This document shows, piece by piece, positions 8,844-18,460 of a stretch of 64,000 bases of DNA; position 1 is the stretch's first letter; each line of letters begins with the position of its first letter. The notes under the pieces were generated by a model. The model had not been told where the DNA came from and did not search any database. It saw only the letters and a list, made by a program, of their open reading frames with translations. Position numbers and translations under genes: made by a program. The DNA is from Gemmatimonadota bacterium. Lineage in GTDB: Bacteria > Gemmatimonadota > Gemmatimonadetes > Gemmatimonadales > GWC2-71-9. The stretch is from NCBI GenBank assembly GCA_041500125.1, contig JBGQLP010000006.1:1452-65451 (forward strand), in the 5' to 3' direction.

Positions 8844-11414
8844 ATGCCTCCCCACAAGCCGGATCCTCTCGCCGAGTACCGGACGAAGCGCGCGCTCGAG
8901 CGCACCCCCGAGCCTGCAGGCGCTGTGGCCAACGAGAGCGCGGCGGCCGGCGGGCTGTTTGTGGTACACAAGCACGCGGCCCGGCGGCTCCATTTCGATC
9001 TCCGGCTGGAAATGGACGGCGTGCTCCGTTCCTGGGCGGTACCCAAAGGGCCTTCGTACGACACTGCGGATAAGCGCCTCGCGGTCCAGGTGGAGGATCA
9101 TCCCTTGGAGTACGGCGACTTCGAGGGCCTGATTCCGGAGGGGAACTACGGTGCCGGCGCCGTGATCGTATGGGATCGGGGCCGTTGGGTGCCGCTGGAA
9201 GATCCGGTCGAGGGACTTGCCAAGGGCAAGCTTCTGTTCGAGCTCCACGGGCTCAAGCTTCATGGTCGGTGGACTCTGGTAAAGCTCAAGAAAAGCGAGA
9301 AGGAATGGCTGTTCATCAAGGAGCGCGACGCCTACGCCACCTCCTCCGGCGCCATGCCGCCGGAGGAATCGGTGCTGTCCGGCCTGACGGTGGAGGATCT
9401 GAAAGCCGGCCGGACTCCGGTCGAGGGCATCCGGACCGAGCTGGCCAGCCTGGGTGCACCGAGGAAGGAAGTGAAGCCGGACACCGTGCAGCTCATGCTG
9501 GCCGAGCCGAGAGACCGTGCCTTCTCCGGGGCGGGGTGGCTATTCGAGCTCAAGCTCGATGGGTACCGGGTCTTGGCAGCGCGGGACGGCGCTCCCCGTC
9601 TCCTTTCTCGCAACGGCAATGACTTGTCCGCCACCTTCCCGGAGATAATCCGAGCGATCCGGGCGCTGCCGCTGGAGCGGTTGCTCCTCGATGGTGAGGT
9701 GGTGGCGCTCGACGAAAGTGGACGGCCCAGCTTCCAGCGGCTTCAGCAGCGGGGCCAGCTCCGCCGCCCGCTCGATATTCGCCACGCGGCGGTACAATAT
9801 CCGGTGACCTTCTTTGCCTTCGACCTTCTCGCCTTCGAGGATTTCGACCTGCGCCATCTCCCCCTTTCCACTCGGAAGGCGTTGCTCAAGCGGCTGCTTC
9901 CTTCGGCGGGGCTGATCCGCTATCTCGATCACTTCGAACAGGACGGGGAGGTGCTCTACGAGCAGATCCAGAAGCTCGGCTTGGAGGGGATCGTGGCCAA
10001 ACGGGCCGATTCGCCTTATCGGGCTGGCCGGTCAGCGGTCTGGCTCAAGATCCGCACCCGGCAGACGGATGATTTCGTGGTGGTTGGGTTCAGCGCCCCC
10101 AAGGGCAGTCGAAGCGGCTTCGGGGCGTTGTATCTGGGACAGTACGTGGACGGGGCGCTGACTTACACCGGCCGGGCCGGGAGCGGCTTCAGCGATGGCC
10201 AACTGACCCAGGTCCGGGCAATGCTCGAAGATTTGCGCCGATCCGATGCACCGTGCGCTGGACCCCTTCCCAAGGACAAGGAGACCAGTTGGGTAGAGCC
10301 GAGCCTCGTGTGCGAAGTGGAATACACCGAGTGGACTGAGGAGGGGTTGCTCCGCCAGCCGGTATTTCTCCGGTTTCGCGAGGACAAGAGACCGGAGGAG
10401 TGCGTGGGGGAATTGGCGCGGAGGGTAAGCGGGGAGGCGGGGAAACAGGGAAGCGCGAAAGCCAGCGAGTCGTCAGAGCAGTCGGACGATGGAGTCAAAG
10501 CACCTGGGCCGAAGCCCCGGGCCATTCCCCAGTCGATCGCTTATACCAATCTTCAGAAAGTATTCTGGCCCGACGATGGCTACACCAAGGGCGACCTAAT
10601 CGAATACTACCGGACCATTGCGCCTTGGATCCTCCCTTACCTAGCCGATCGTCCCGTGGTGCTCACTCGCTACCCCGACGGGATCGCTGGAAAGTCGTTC
10701 TTCCAGAAGGACGCACCCGGCTTCGTTCCTGACTGGATCCGCACCGAGCGGATGTGGAGCGAACAGGCCGAACGGGAGATCGATTACTTCGTGTGCGACG
10801 ACGAGGCCTCGCTGCTCTACCTAATCAATATGGGTACCATCCCGCTTCATGTCTGGGCCAGTCGCACCTCGAGCCTGGACCATCCCGATTGGTGCGTGCT
10901 CGATATCGATCCCAAGGAGGCGCCGTTCAGCGACGTGGTCCGGGTCGCCCAGGCCGCCCACCAGCTCTGCGAAGAGATCGGGCTTCCCAACATGGTGAAG
11001 AGCAGCGGCTCGTCCGGGCTTCATGTTCTGATCCCGCTCGGCGGCCAATGCCGCTATGCGGAGGCTCGCAGCCTGGGGGAGCTGCTGGCCCGCGTGATTT
11101 CCACTGAGCTGCCCGACCTCTCGACGCTGACCCGGCAGGTGTCTCGCCGTGGCGGCAAGGTGTATATCGACTATCTCCAAATAGGGGCAGGGCGCCTCAT
11201 CGTTGCTCCCTTCAGCGTGCGACCGCTCCCCGGCGCACCGGTCTCCACCCCGCTCCGGTGGAGCGAGGTGAATGAGAAACTCGACATTCGGAGCTTCACC
11301 ATCCGCAACATGGCGGCCCGCATGCAGAAGCTGAAACGAGATCCGCTCCGGGACGTGCTGAAGCTGAGCCCCGACCTGGGCGGAGCCTTGGAGCGTTTGA
11401 GCGCAAGGCTATGA
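8844..11414 (+). CDS. ligD: DNA ligase D (phosphoesterase-ligase-polymerase)
   Basis: PE domain HAARRLHFDLRLE/SWAVPKG/EDHPLEY; ligase KLDGYR, EGIVAKR, WLKIR; polymerase LDIDP, SGSSGLHV, APFSVRP. Confidence 0.97.
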   Translation: MPPHKPDPLAEYRTKRALERTPEPAGAVANESAAAGGLFVVHKHAARRLHFDLRLEMDGVLRSWAVPKGPSYDTADKRLAVQVEDHPLEYGDFEGLIPEGNYGAGAVIVWDRGRWVPLEDPVEGLAKGKLLFELHGLKLHGRWTLVKLKKSEKEWLFIKERDAYATSSGAMPPEESVLSGLTVEDLKAGRTPVEGIRTELASLGAPRKEVKPDTVQLMLAEPRDRAFSGAGWLFELKLDGYRVLAARDGAPRLLSRNGNDLSATFPEIIRAIRALPLERLLLDGEVVALDESGRPSFQRLQQRGQLRRPLDIRHAAVQYPVTFFAFDLLAFEDFDLRHLPLSTRKALLKRLLPSAGLIRYLDHFEQDGEVLYEQIQKLGLEGIVAKRADSPYRAGRSAVWLKIRTRQTDDFVVVGFSAPKGSRSGFGALYLGQYVDGALTYTGRAGSGFSDGQLTQVRAMLEDLRRSDAPCAGPLPKDKETSWVEPSLVCEVEYTEWTEEGLLRQPVFLRFREDKRPEECVGELARRVSGEAGKQGSAKASESSEQSDDGVKAPGPKPRAIPQSIAYTNLQKVFWPDDGYTKGDLIEYYRTIAPWILPYLADRPVVLTRYPDGIAGKSFFQKDAPGFVPDWIRTERMWSEQAEREIDYFVCDDEASLLYLINMGTIPLHVWASRTSSLDHPDWCVLDIDPKEAPFSDVVRVAQAAHQLCEEIGLPNMVKSSGSSGLHVLIPLGGQCRYAEARSLGELLARVISTELPDLSTLTRQVSRRGGKVYIDYLQIGAGRLIVAPFSVRPLPGAPVSTPLRWSEVNEKLDIRSFTIRNMAARMQKLKRDPLRDVLKLSPDLGGALERLSARL
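10421..10452 (+). repeat. 4 x 8-nt G-rich degenerate tandem repeat inside the ligD interdomain linker
   Basis: GAGGGTAA GCGGGGAG GCGGGGAA ACAGGGAA; four runs of at least G3 with 4-5 nt loops. Confidence 0.6.
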
Positions 11415-12106
11415 CTAGCGCCACCGATCTTCAGCTGCATATGAGTGACGGCATCGGGCAAGTGTCAGCCTTGCTGCTTCTGCCTCCCGACTCGTGGCTG
11501 CTCTACATCCTGGCACATGGAGCCGGTGCCGGGATGCGCCACCGATTCCTGGAGTCGGCCTCGGCGGCGCTGGCGGAACGGGGCATTGCCACTCTTCGCT
11601 ACCAGTTTCCCTATATGGAGGCAGGCAGACGCCACCCGGATCCGCCCCACGTCTCGCAGGCCACAGTCCGCACGGCGGCTGAGAAGACTGCTGAAGTGGC
11701 CCCAGGCTTGCCCCTGGTCGCCGGCGGCAAGTCCTTCGGTGGACGCATGACCTCGGCGGCGGCGGCGGCCAGCCCATTGCCCGGGGTCAGAGGGTTGGTC
11801 TTCCTGGGATTCCCGCTGCACCCCCCGGGACAGCCGGGCACCAGCCGAGCCGACCACCTCGATCGAGTGGATATCCCGATGCTCTTTCTCCAGGGTACTC
11901 GTGACGAGTTCGCCCGAGTCGATCTCATCACGGATGTGTGTGAAGGATTGGAGCCCAACGCCACTTTGCACCTGGTGGACGACGGAGACCATTCCTTCGG
12001 CGTGCCCAAGCGCTCGGGCCGCACGCCGGGGGAGGTGCTCACCGAGCTTACCGACACGATAGAGCAGTGGTCCCGCGCCCTGGTGGCCCGGCCGGTTCGG
12101 GCATGA
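11411..12106 (+). CDS. Alpha/beta hydrolase (dienelactone-hydrolase-like)
   Basis: LAHGAGAGM, GGKSFGGR nucleophile elbow, LGFPLHPPG, QGTRD and GDHSF; ATGA overlap with ligD. Confidence 0.9.
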   Translation: MTSATDLQLHMSDGIGQVSALLLLPPDSWLLYILAHGAGAGMRHRFLESASAALAERGIATLRYQFPYMEAGRRHPDPPHVSQATVRTAAEKTAEVAPGLPLVAGGKSFGGRMTSAAAAASPLPGVRGLVFLGFPLHPPGQPGTSRADHLDRVDIPMLFLQGTRDEFARVDLITDVCEGLEPNATLHLVDDGDHSFGVPKRSGRTPGEVLTELTDTIEQWSRALVARPVRA

Positions 12107-15033
12107 GCTTCGAGCTCACCCCGCAACAGCTCAGGGCCATCGAAGCGCCGCTCGGCCCGGTTCTGGTCATCGCCGGACCGGGTGCCGGCAAGACCCATTG
12201 TCTCATCTGTCGGATCCAACACCTGATCGATCGGCACGACATTGCTCCCCGGCGCATTCTGGCGGTCACCTTCACCAACAAGGCCGCGGAGGAGATCGCC
12301 ACCCGGTTGCACGAGGCCCGCGGCCCAGCCGCGGTGGAGGTCACGCGGGGGACGCTTCACGCCATCTGCCTCGCAGTCTTGCGCGATTACGCCGAGCGCT
12401 GCGGACTTCGACCTGGCTTCGGGGTCGCGGACGAGGATTACCAACGGGCGGTGCTCAAGCGCCTTCGTATCCCGGAGAGGCGACGAACCCAGGTTCTGGG
12501 GCACTTCGCTCTGCACCGGTTGCAGGGCCGTCCCCTGGGCGAGCGCGGGAGCGAGCTCTTTGCCCGATACCAGGAACGGCTGCGGGCCCGGAACCTGGCC
12601 GACTTCGACGATCTCGTCGCGCTGACGGAACGGTTGATTCGCACCGACCCGGCGGCAGCGGCGGAGCTCCGGTCCCGCTGGGATTACATCCTGGTCGATG
12701 AGTTCCAGGACTTGAGTCCGGTCCAGTACGGTATCGTCCGCCGGCTGGCGGAGGGGCACCGGAATCTCTTCGGCGTGGGAGATGATGAGCAGTCCATTTT
12801 CTCCTGGGCCGGCTCGGATCCGCAGATCATCCACAAATTCCAGGACGACTTCGGACTGGCCGAGCCCATCGTGCTCGATCGGAACTGCCGGTGTTCGATC
12901 CAGATCTTTGAGACCGCAAAGCGGCTGATCGCCCGAAACCCCAGGCTGTTCGAGAAGCGCATCGATGCTACCCGGGAGTCGGCATTTGACGTCACCGTGC
13001 ATGCTTTCACGAGTGAGGAAGATGAGGCCGATTGGCTCATCGCAGACCTCATGGCCGATCGGACCTCCTCAGGGTTCGATTGGGGAGATTGCGCCATTCT
13101 GTACCGATCCCACCGAGTGGGGCGGAAACTCGAGGAGCGGCTGGTCTGCGCCGGGATTCCTTGCCGGCTGGCTCAGGGGCACTCGCTGGGGGATGACAAG
13201 ATCGTTGGCTGGGTGATCGCGTCGCTCCAAGTGATTCGCGATCCCAGCGATGCCGTCTTGGTGGAAGCGTTGGCGGAGCGGGCCCTGCCCCCGGTGTTGC
13301 GACAGGAAGTGCGGAAGGTCTCCTCCCGGGACAAGGACCTGCTCGCCAACCTCCGTGCCTTTGCCGCTGTCCGCCAGCGGGGTGATGCCGAAGGCAGGCG
13401 GGTGTGGCGACTCATCTATCACCTCGAAAACCTGAGAGGAATGGCGCGCTCGCACCAATCGCTCTCGGGCCTGGTGGACGAGCTTCTCGCCCGGCCCATT
13501 GGCGCCGGACGCAATCCGCTGGAGGAGCACCACGATGATTTGAGCGAGCCCTCTGCCTATCCCGGAGCGGCCGCGCTGGCCCGACGCCTGGTTCAGGCTG
13601 TGGCCTCGGGCGCTCGGGTGTGGATCGAGCCACGGAGTGGCGCCGAAATTCCGCTCGTGGCAATGCTCCGCGGTGCCGGAGTATCCAACGCCCAGCGACT
13701 CGGCGGGGATGACTCGCCTGCCGCGGACGATGTGGTGCTGCGGGCAGGGGATGGCCCCAATGGTGGGCGGCCGATCCGCGTTTTCAAGGCGCTGCAACTG
13801 ACGCAGACCGGGAACTTGAAGAACGACTTCGACGATTTCGTCGCCTTCGATCTGGAGACCAGCGATTTCGACAGCAGCTCATGCGAGATCGTGGAGATCG
13901 CCGCGGTACGGGTGCGAGATAAGGTCGTGGTGGCTGGTTTTCAGAGCCTGGTTGCGTGCACACGCCCGATTTCGGCGGCCGCCACCGCCGTGCACGGCTA
14001 CACCGACGACGATGTGGCCGCGGCGCCCTCAATGTCAGAGGTGTGGGCCCGCTTCCGCGAGTTTGTCGGGACTGACATCCTGGTGGCCCATAACGGCCAG
14101 GAGTTCGATGTGCCGGTCCTCCGGCGAGTGTGCGCCGGCTTTGAGGGGTTGGAGGAGCTGGTCTTTTACGACACGCTTCCGCTGGCCCGGTCACTGGTTG
14201 ATGGAAGCGTGAAGCTCGAGACGCTGGCTCAGAAGTTCAATGTGGAAGTCGGCAGGGCCCATCACGCTTATGATGACGCCTTCATGCTTGCGGGAGTGGT
14301 GCCCGCGCTGAGCGAGCTGAGGATCCGCAGGGCGCGCAAGATTGCGCTGGTGCATCTGCTCGACTATCTCGGCCTGGCCTTGGCTCTGGACCAGACCGCG
14401 ACGCCGGAAAACGAGGAAGTGCTGCTTCGGGAGATCACTCGGCCTTACACCCTGGGAAGGTACAGCGATTGTCTCGAGCACTATGCCGCAGAGGCAGCAG
14501 GGGGAGACCCCGATCTCGAAGAGGTAATCGCCCGCTTGGGCGGACGGCCGCTCATGGATCGTTTGCGAGCTGAACGCTCCGTGGCGGAGCGCTATCCGGC
14601 GGCGGTAGAACGGCTCCGGATGCTGATCCAGGCGAGCGGGGGAGAGACAGTGGCGCAGCAGATCGACGATATGCTATGCCGGGTGGCTCTTTCCACCAGC
14701 GCGGGTGTAGAGACCGATCCCCACCGGGTCAACTTGCTCACGCTCCACTCCACCAAGGGATTGGAGTTCTCCCGGGTGTACATCGCAGGGGTCGAAAACC
14801 AGCAGTTGCCTGGGTGGAAGGCCCTTGAGGAAGATGTTGAGGATGAGATACAAGAGGCGAGGCGTCTGCTCTACGTGGGGATGACCCGGGCCAGGGACAG
14901 ACTGGTGCTCACGAGGGCCGAGCGCCGGTTCGGCTTCCCCTCTGGGGGGAGCCTGTTCCTGACCGAGATCGGCCTCGTGGCTCGGGTTGCTGGCACACCT
15001 CCTGCACAGGAGGCCCAGGTCGTCTCCAAGTAG
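12103..15033 (+). CDS. UvrD/Rep-family helicase with an internal DEDDh 3'-5' exonuclease domain
   Basis: Helicase motifs AGPGAGKT, TFTNKAA, VDEFQD, GDDEQSIFSW, TLHSTKGLEF, RRLLYVGMTRAR; exonuclease motifs FDLETS, AHNGQEFD, HHAYDDA lie between the N- and C-terminal helicase motifs. Confidence 0.92.
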   Translation: MSFELTPQQLRAIEAPLGPVLVIAGPGAGKTHCLICRIQHLIDRHDIAPRRILAVTFTNKAAEEIATRLHEARGPAAVEVTRGTLHAICLAVLRDYAERCGLRPGFGVADEDYQRAVLKRLRIPERRRTQVLGHFALHRLQGRPLGERGSELFARYQERLRARNLADFDDLVALTERLIRTDPAAAAELRSRWDYILVDEFQDLSPVQYGIVRRLAEGHRNLFGVGDDEQSIFSWAGSDPQIIHKFQDDFGLAEPIVLDRNCRCSIQIFETAKRLIARNPRLFEKRIDATRESAFDVTVHAFTSEEDEADWLIADLMADRTSSGFDWGDCAILYRSHRVGRKLEERLVCAGIPCRLAQGHSLGDDKIVGWVIASLQVIRDPSDAVLVEALAERALPPVLRQEVRKVSSRDKDLLANLRAFAAVRQRGDAEGRRVWRLIYHLENLRGMARSHQSLSGLVDELLARPIGAGRNPLEEHHDDLSEPSAYPGAAALARRLVQAVASGARVWIEPRSGAEIPLVAMLRGAGVSNAQRLGGDDSPAADDVVLRAGDGPNGGRPIRVFKALQLTQTGNLKNDFDDFVAFDLETSDFDSSSCEIVEIAAVRVRDKVVVAGFQSLVACTRPISAAATAVHGYTDDDVAAAPSMSEVWARFREFVGTDILVAHNGQEFDVPVLRRVCAGFEGLEELVFYDTLPLARSLVDGSVKLETLAQKFNVEVGRAHHAYDDAFMLAGVVPALSELRIRRARKIALVHLLDYLGLALALDQTATPENEEVLLREITRPYTLGRYSDCLEHYAAEAAGGDPDLEEVIARLGGRPLMDRLRAERSVAERYPAAVERLRMLIQASGGETVAQQIDDMLCRVALSTSAGVETDPHRVNLLTLHSTKGLEFSRVYIAGVENQQLPGWKALEEDVEDEIQEARRLLYVGMTRARDRLVLTRAERRFGFPSGGSLFLTEIGLVARVAGTPPAQEAQVVSK

Positions 15034-15040
15034 GTGACCA

Positions 15041-15652
15041 ATGAAGCTCGTCGTGTGCGCCCTGTCACTTCTCGCCGGCCTCCCGAGCCTGATGTCTGCG
15101 CAGATCAGCTTCGCTTTTCCGCGACTCCAAGGCCAGACGGTTCGCGCCACTCTCGGCCCAATCGCCGTGGTTGCCACCTTGAGTGGACACCGCGTGAGCG
15201 TTGGCCCTGCCCGCGCTCCTCGCCGCACAGCGACTGGGCGGGCCCGCCTCGGCTCCGCCGCGAGTGCCAGGGCGGCCCGGGTGCTCGCCACCGCTAATCG
15301 CTACGTAGGGACCGGCTATCGCTATGGCGGTGGCAGCCCGGTTGCCGGGTTCGATTGCTCGGGGTTTGTGCAGTACGTCTTCGAGCGGAATGGCGTCCAC
15401 CTACCTCGCACCTCCCGACTCCAGGCCTCGGCGGGCAGCCCTGGGCCGCTCGACATCGCGTCTCTAGCGCCCGGGGACCTGCTCCTGTTTGCGAGCCGGG
15501 GTACCCAGATCAACCACGTGGCTATCTACGTCGGCGGCAATCGCATCCTCCATTCGACGGCCGGCGCCGGTGGAGTGGTCTACGACGACCTGTCCACCCC
15601 TCGCGGGAAGTGGTACCTGGCCCGGCACGTCGTCTCTCGGCGTGTCCTTTGA
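15041..15652 (+). CDS. NlpC/P60 (C40) cell-wall peptidase
   Basis: Signal peptide; YRYGG...GFDCSGFVQYVF, LPRTSRLQ, GDLLLF, HVAIYVG and LHS. Confidence 0.92.
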   Translation: MKLVVCALSLLAGLPSLMSAQISFAFPRLQGQTVRATLGPIAVVATLSGHRVSVGPARAPRRTATGRARLGSAASARAARVLATANRYVGTGYRYGGGSPVAGFDCSGFVQYVFERNGVHLPRTSRLQASAGSPGPLDIASLAPGDLLLFASRGTQINHVAIYVGGNRILHSTAGAGGVVYDDLSTPRGKWYLARHVVSRRVL

Positions 15653-15740
15653 GAGGGTCACCCCCCGCGCTTCTTCTCCCCTCCACGGTATCCCCATAGA
15701 TTGACTCGGTCGCCGCACCCATCCCACGGAGCCTTCCAGC

Positions 15741-16301
15741 ATGTCCCGCATCGCGCCCCTCGACACCGAAGCCGCGCCCGCAGATGCGCGAGCCGCAGCC
15801 GAGACTCACGTCCGGACTCACGCCCGGATGACCAACATGAAGCGGACGTTGCTCCACTCACTTCCGGCGTTCAACGCATTGATGGAATGGTATCCACTCC
15901 GGGACACCGTGCAGCCGTTCCTGGGCGAGCGGCTTACCACCCTCTTCTCTCACGCCATCTCGGCGGAGACCGACTGTCTGATCTGCTCCACCTTCTTCCG
16001 CCGGATGCTGATTCAGACCGGCGAAAACCCCGAGCGCCTCAGATTGGATGATCGGGAGGCCGCGGTCCTGGAGTTCGGGCGCGCGCTCGCGGTGTCGCCC
16101 TTCAAGGTGTCCGACGAGGTGTACCAAAAGCTCGAGCGACACTTCGACCCGACCCAAATCGTGGCGCTGACTGCGTTCGGTGCCCTGATGGTGGCCACCA
16201 ACGTGGTCAACAACGCGCTCGAGGTGGACTTGGACGAGTACCTCCAGCCGTACCGGAAGGGAGTACGGGAGAGCGCGACTGCCGGAGGCAACCGGACCTG
16301 A
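15741..16301 (+). CDS. AhpD/carboxymuconolactone-decarboxylase-like protein
   Basis: CLIC (CxxC); SDEVYQKLERHFDPTQIVALTAFGALMVATNVVNNAL tail. Confidence 0.75.
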   Translation: MSRIAPLDTEAAPADARAAAETHVRTHARMTNMKRTLLHSLPAFNALMEWYPLRDTVQPFLGERLTTLFSHAISAETDCLICSTFFRRMLIQTGENPERLRLDDREAAVLEFGRALAVSPFKVSDEVYQKLERHFDPTQIVALTAFGALMVATNVVNNALEVDLDEYLQPYRKGVRESATAGGNRT

Positions 16302-17104
16302 TGGCTGAGTTCGCCGGCAAGGTTGCCTTCATCACGGGTGCGGCCCACGGGCAGGGCAGGGCGACCGCACTAGCGTTCGCGCGCGAGGGGGCGCGGATAG
16401 TGGGGTTCGATCTGGCCCGCCCGCTGAGCTACCCCGGGTACGAGATGGGTTCCCCGGATGAGCTGGAGTCGCTCGCGGCCGCTTGCCGCGCGCTGGGGAC
16501 GGAGTGCCTCACCTTCACCGGCGATGTGCGTGACGACGCGGCGGTCACCCGGGCGGTGGACGCCTCGGTCTCCCGGTTCGGACGGATCGACATCCTGTTC
16601 AATAACGCCGGCATCTGCGCCTACGGCCTGGCTCACGAGCTCACCGAGGAAGCCTGGGATGCGATGCTGGACATCAATCTGAAGGGAGCCTGGCTGGTCG
16701 CCCGGCGGGTGATTCCGGTCATGATGAGGCAGCGATCGGGCGTCATCATCAACAACTCCTCGATTGCGGGGCTTCGCGGCATGGGGCGCCTCAGCCACTA
16801 CGCCGCGTCCAAGTGGGGGCTCACCGGACTGACCAAGTCATGGGCCATCGAGCTGGCGCCCTACGGCATCCGGGTCAACTCCGTCCATCCCACTGGGGTG
16901 AACACACCGATGAACGACGGGCTCGCCGCACTGGAAGGTCTTACTCCGCGAGAAGTCGCCGAGCGCTCGGCCGGGAACCTGCTGCCAGTGCCCTGGATTG
17001 AGCCGGAGGATGTGGCCAATGCCGTGCTATACCTTGCCTCTGACCGGGCCCGCTTTGTAACGGGGGCGCCGCTGGTGATCGATGCCGGGCTACTCAGCCG
17101 GTGA
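16301..17104 (+). CDS. SDR oxidoreductase resembling the mycofactocin-coupled SDR subfamily
   Basis: TGAAHGQG, extra loop DLARPLSYPGYEMGSPDEL, NNAG, YAASK and VNSVHPTGVNTPM. Confidence 0.88.
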   Translation: MAEFAGKVAFITGAAHGQGRATALAFAREGARIVGFDLARPLSYPGYEMGSPDELESLAAACRALGTECLTFTGDVRDDAAVTRAVDASVSRFGRIDILFNNAGICAYGLAHELTEEAWDAMLDINLKGAWLVARRVIPVMMRQRSGVIINNSSIAGLRGMGRLSHYAASKWGLTGLTKSWAIELAPYGIRVNSVHPTGVNTPMNDGLAALEGLTPREVAERSAGNLLPVPWIEPEDVANAVLYLASDRARFVTGAPLVIDAGLLSR

Positions 17105-17152
17105 GTGGCGCTATGCCGGACATGATCCGCTCAATTGCGAGGAGGTGTCACC

Positions 17153-17545
17153 ATGTCAGCTGACAGCAATAAGGCTATGATCCGCCGCTATATCGAGTCG
17201 TTTAGCGGAAAGCCGAAGGACGAGGACGCGCTTCGCCGGTTCGTCGCCGACGCCAAGCTTCGGGAGCACATCGGGATGTTCGAGGCCGCGTTCCCCCGGT
17301 ACGAGCTATCCGCCGACGACCTGATCGCCGAAGGCGACAAAGTAGTGCTTCGCGCCACCTTCCACGGCACGCATCGGGGTGATCTCATGGGGGTTGCTCC
17401 GACGGGAAAATCGGTCACCCTGCCGTTGATCATCGTCTATCGGATTGCCGACGGCAAGATCGCGGACCACTGGCTCGCAGTGGACCGGATGGAGTTGATG
17501 CGGCAGCTCGGCGTGCTTCCGGCTCCGACCGCGGGGGCCCACTAG
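17153..17545 (+). CDS. SnoaL-like ester cyclase (NTF2 fold)
   Basis: DLIAEGDKVVLRATFHGTHRGDLMGVAPTGK; GGAGG RBS. Confidence 0.9.
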   Translation: MSADSNKAMIRRYIESFSGKPKDEDALRRFVADAKLREHIGMFEAAFPRYELSADDLIAEGDKVVLRATFHGTHRGDLMGVAPTGKSVTLPLIIVYRIADGKIADHWLAVDRMELMRQLGVLPAPTAGAH

Positions 17546-17667
17546 GGCCCGGTTTCTCGCGACCCGCCGACCGGCAGGTTAAGTTGCCCAGGCTGTCTGT
17601 TCGCCGATGATGCCGTATTAGCGGTGATGCCGTACCCGCGCCGGAGAGTGCGGGGCTTGAGGAAACA

Positions 17668-18084
17668 ATGTTCGTCACGATACGCAGGTACAGCCCGAAG
17701 AACGGAGCCATCACCAAGGCCTCTATGGAGCTCCTACGCCGACAGATACACGACGAGTTCATCCCCGTCGTTCAGCGGGTTCAGGGGTTTCGCGGCTACT
17801 ACGTCTTGAACGTAGACACCCGGGAGCTTTTGACGTTGAGCTTCTGCGATACGCTCGACGGCTCGGCGGAGACCGCTCGCTGTGCCGCAGAGTACACCCT
17901 TCGGAACCCCCTGATTTACGAGCTGGGACGCCCGGAAACCATCGAAGGCGAGGTGCTCACGGCGGCCGAAGTGGGAAGCAGTACGGGTCCCAGCCAGGGG
18001 AACGGCGGAAACGCCGCGGCGGCGGCCCTCGCCTTGTGGTTCGAGGAGTCACGGACTATGCTTCTCACTGCGTCGGAGCGGTGA
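17668..18084 (+). CDS. Hypothetical ABM-like dimeric alpha/beta-barrel protein
   Basis: MFVTIRRY...FIPVVQRVQGFRGYYVL pattern; GAGG RBS. Confidence 0.6.
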   Translation: MFVTIRRYSPKNGAITKASMELLRRQIHDEFIPVVQRVQGFRGYYVLNVDTRELLTLSFCDTLDGSAETARCAAEYTLRNPLIYELGRPETIEGEVLTAAEVGSSTGPSQGNGGNAAAAALALWFEESRTMLLTASER

Positions 18085-18165
18085 TGCGTCCGATATCCGA
18101 GCGATCATGGGGGCTGGCACTGGCGCCGGCCCCCTGTGCTTTCATCTCGCCATGAGGGCTCCAGG

Positions 18166-18366
18166 ATGACCGAGGTCAAGCTGAATGATGAAGACAGCTT
18201 GGAACGCGCACTTAAACTTTTCAAGCGAAAGCTTCAGAAATCCGGACTCTTCGGTGAGCTGCGCAGACGGCGGCACTACGTCAAGCCGAGTGAGGCCCGT
18301 GCCATCAAGACGGCAGCGGCACTCCGGCGGAAACGGAAGAAGAAGGTGACTACCGACACCTGGTGA
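18166..18366 (+). CDS. rpsU: 30S ribosomal protein S21
   Basis: SLERALKLFKRKLQKSGLFGELRRRRHYVKPSE. Confidence 0.92.
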   Translation: MTEVKLNDEDSLERALKLFKRKLQKSGLFGELRRRRHYVKPSEARAIKTAAALRRKRKKKVTTDTW

Positions 18367-18405
18367 TCGGCAGGGCGCTTATCGCCAGCTACCTCACTAG
18401 GCAGC

Positions 18406-18444
18406 AAAAAAAGATCCGGAGCCTTACCAGGCTCCGGATCTCTT
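18406..18444. terminator. Terminator between convergent rpsU and DUF1097 genes
   Basis: 12-bp perfect stem AGATCCGGAGCC/GGCTCCGGATCT with an A-tract on the left (a U-tract on the minus strand). Confidence 0.8.
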
Positions 18445-18460
18445 GCGTTATGGATCCGCG

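Noticed and set aside
11611-13002. 463-aa antisense ORF over the hydrolase and UvrD genes
   Set aside because: No motifs; typical stop-poor shadow frame in high-GC DNA.
17608-17634. TGATGCCGTA direct repeat, two copies
   Set aside because: Only two short copies with no supporting context.
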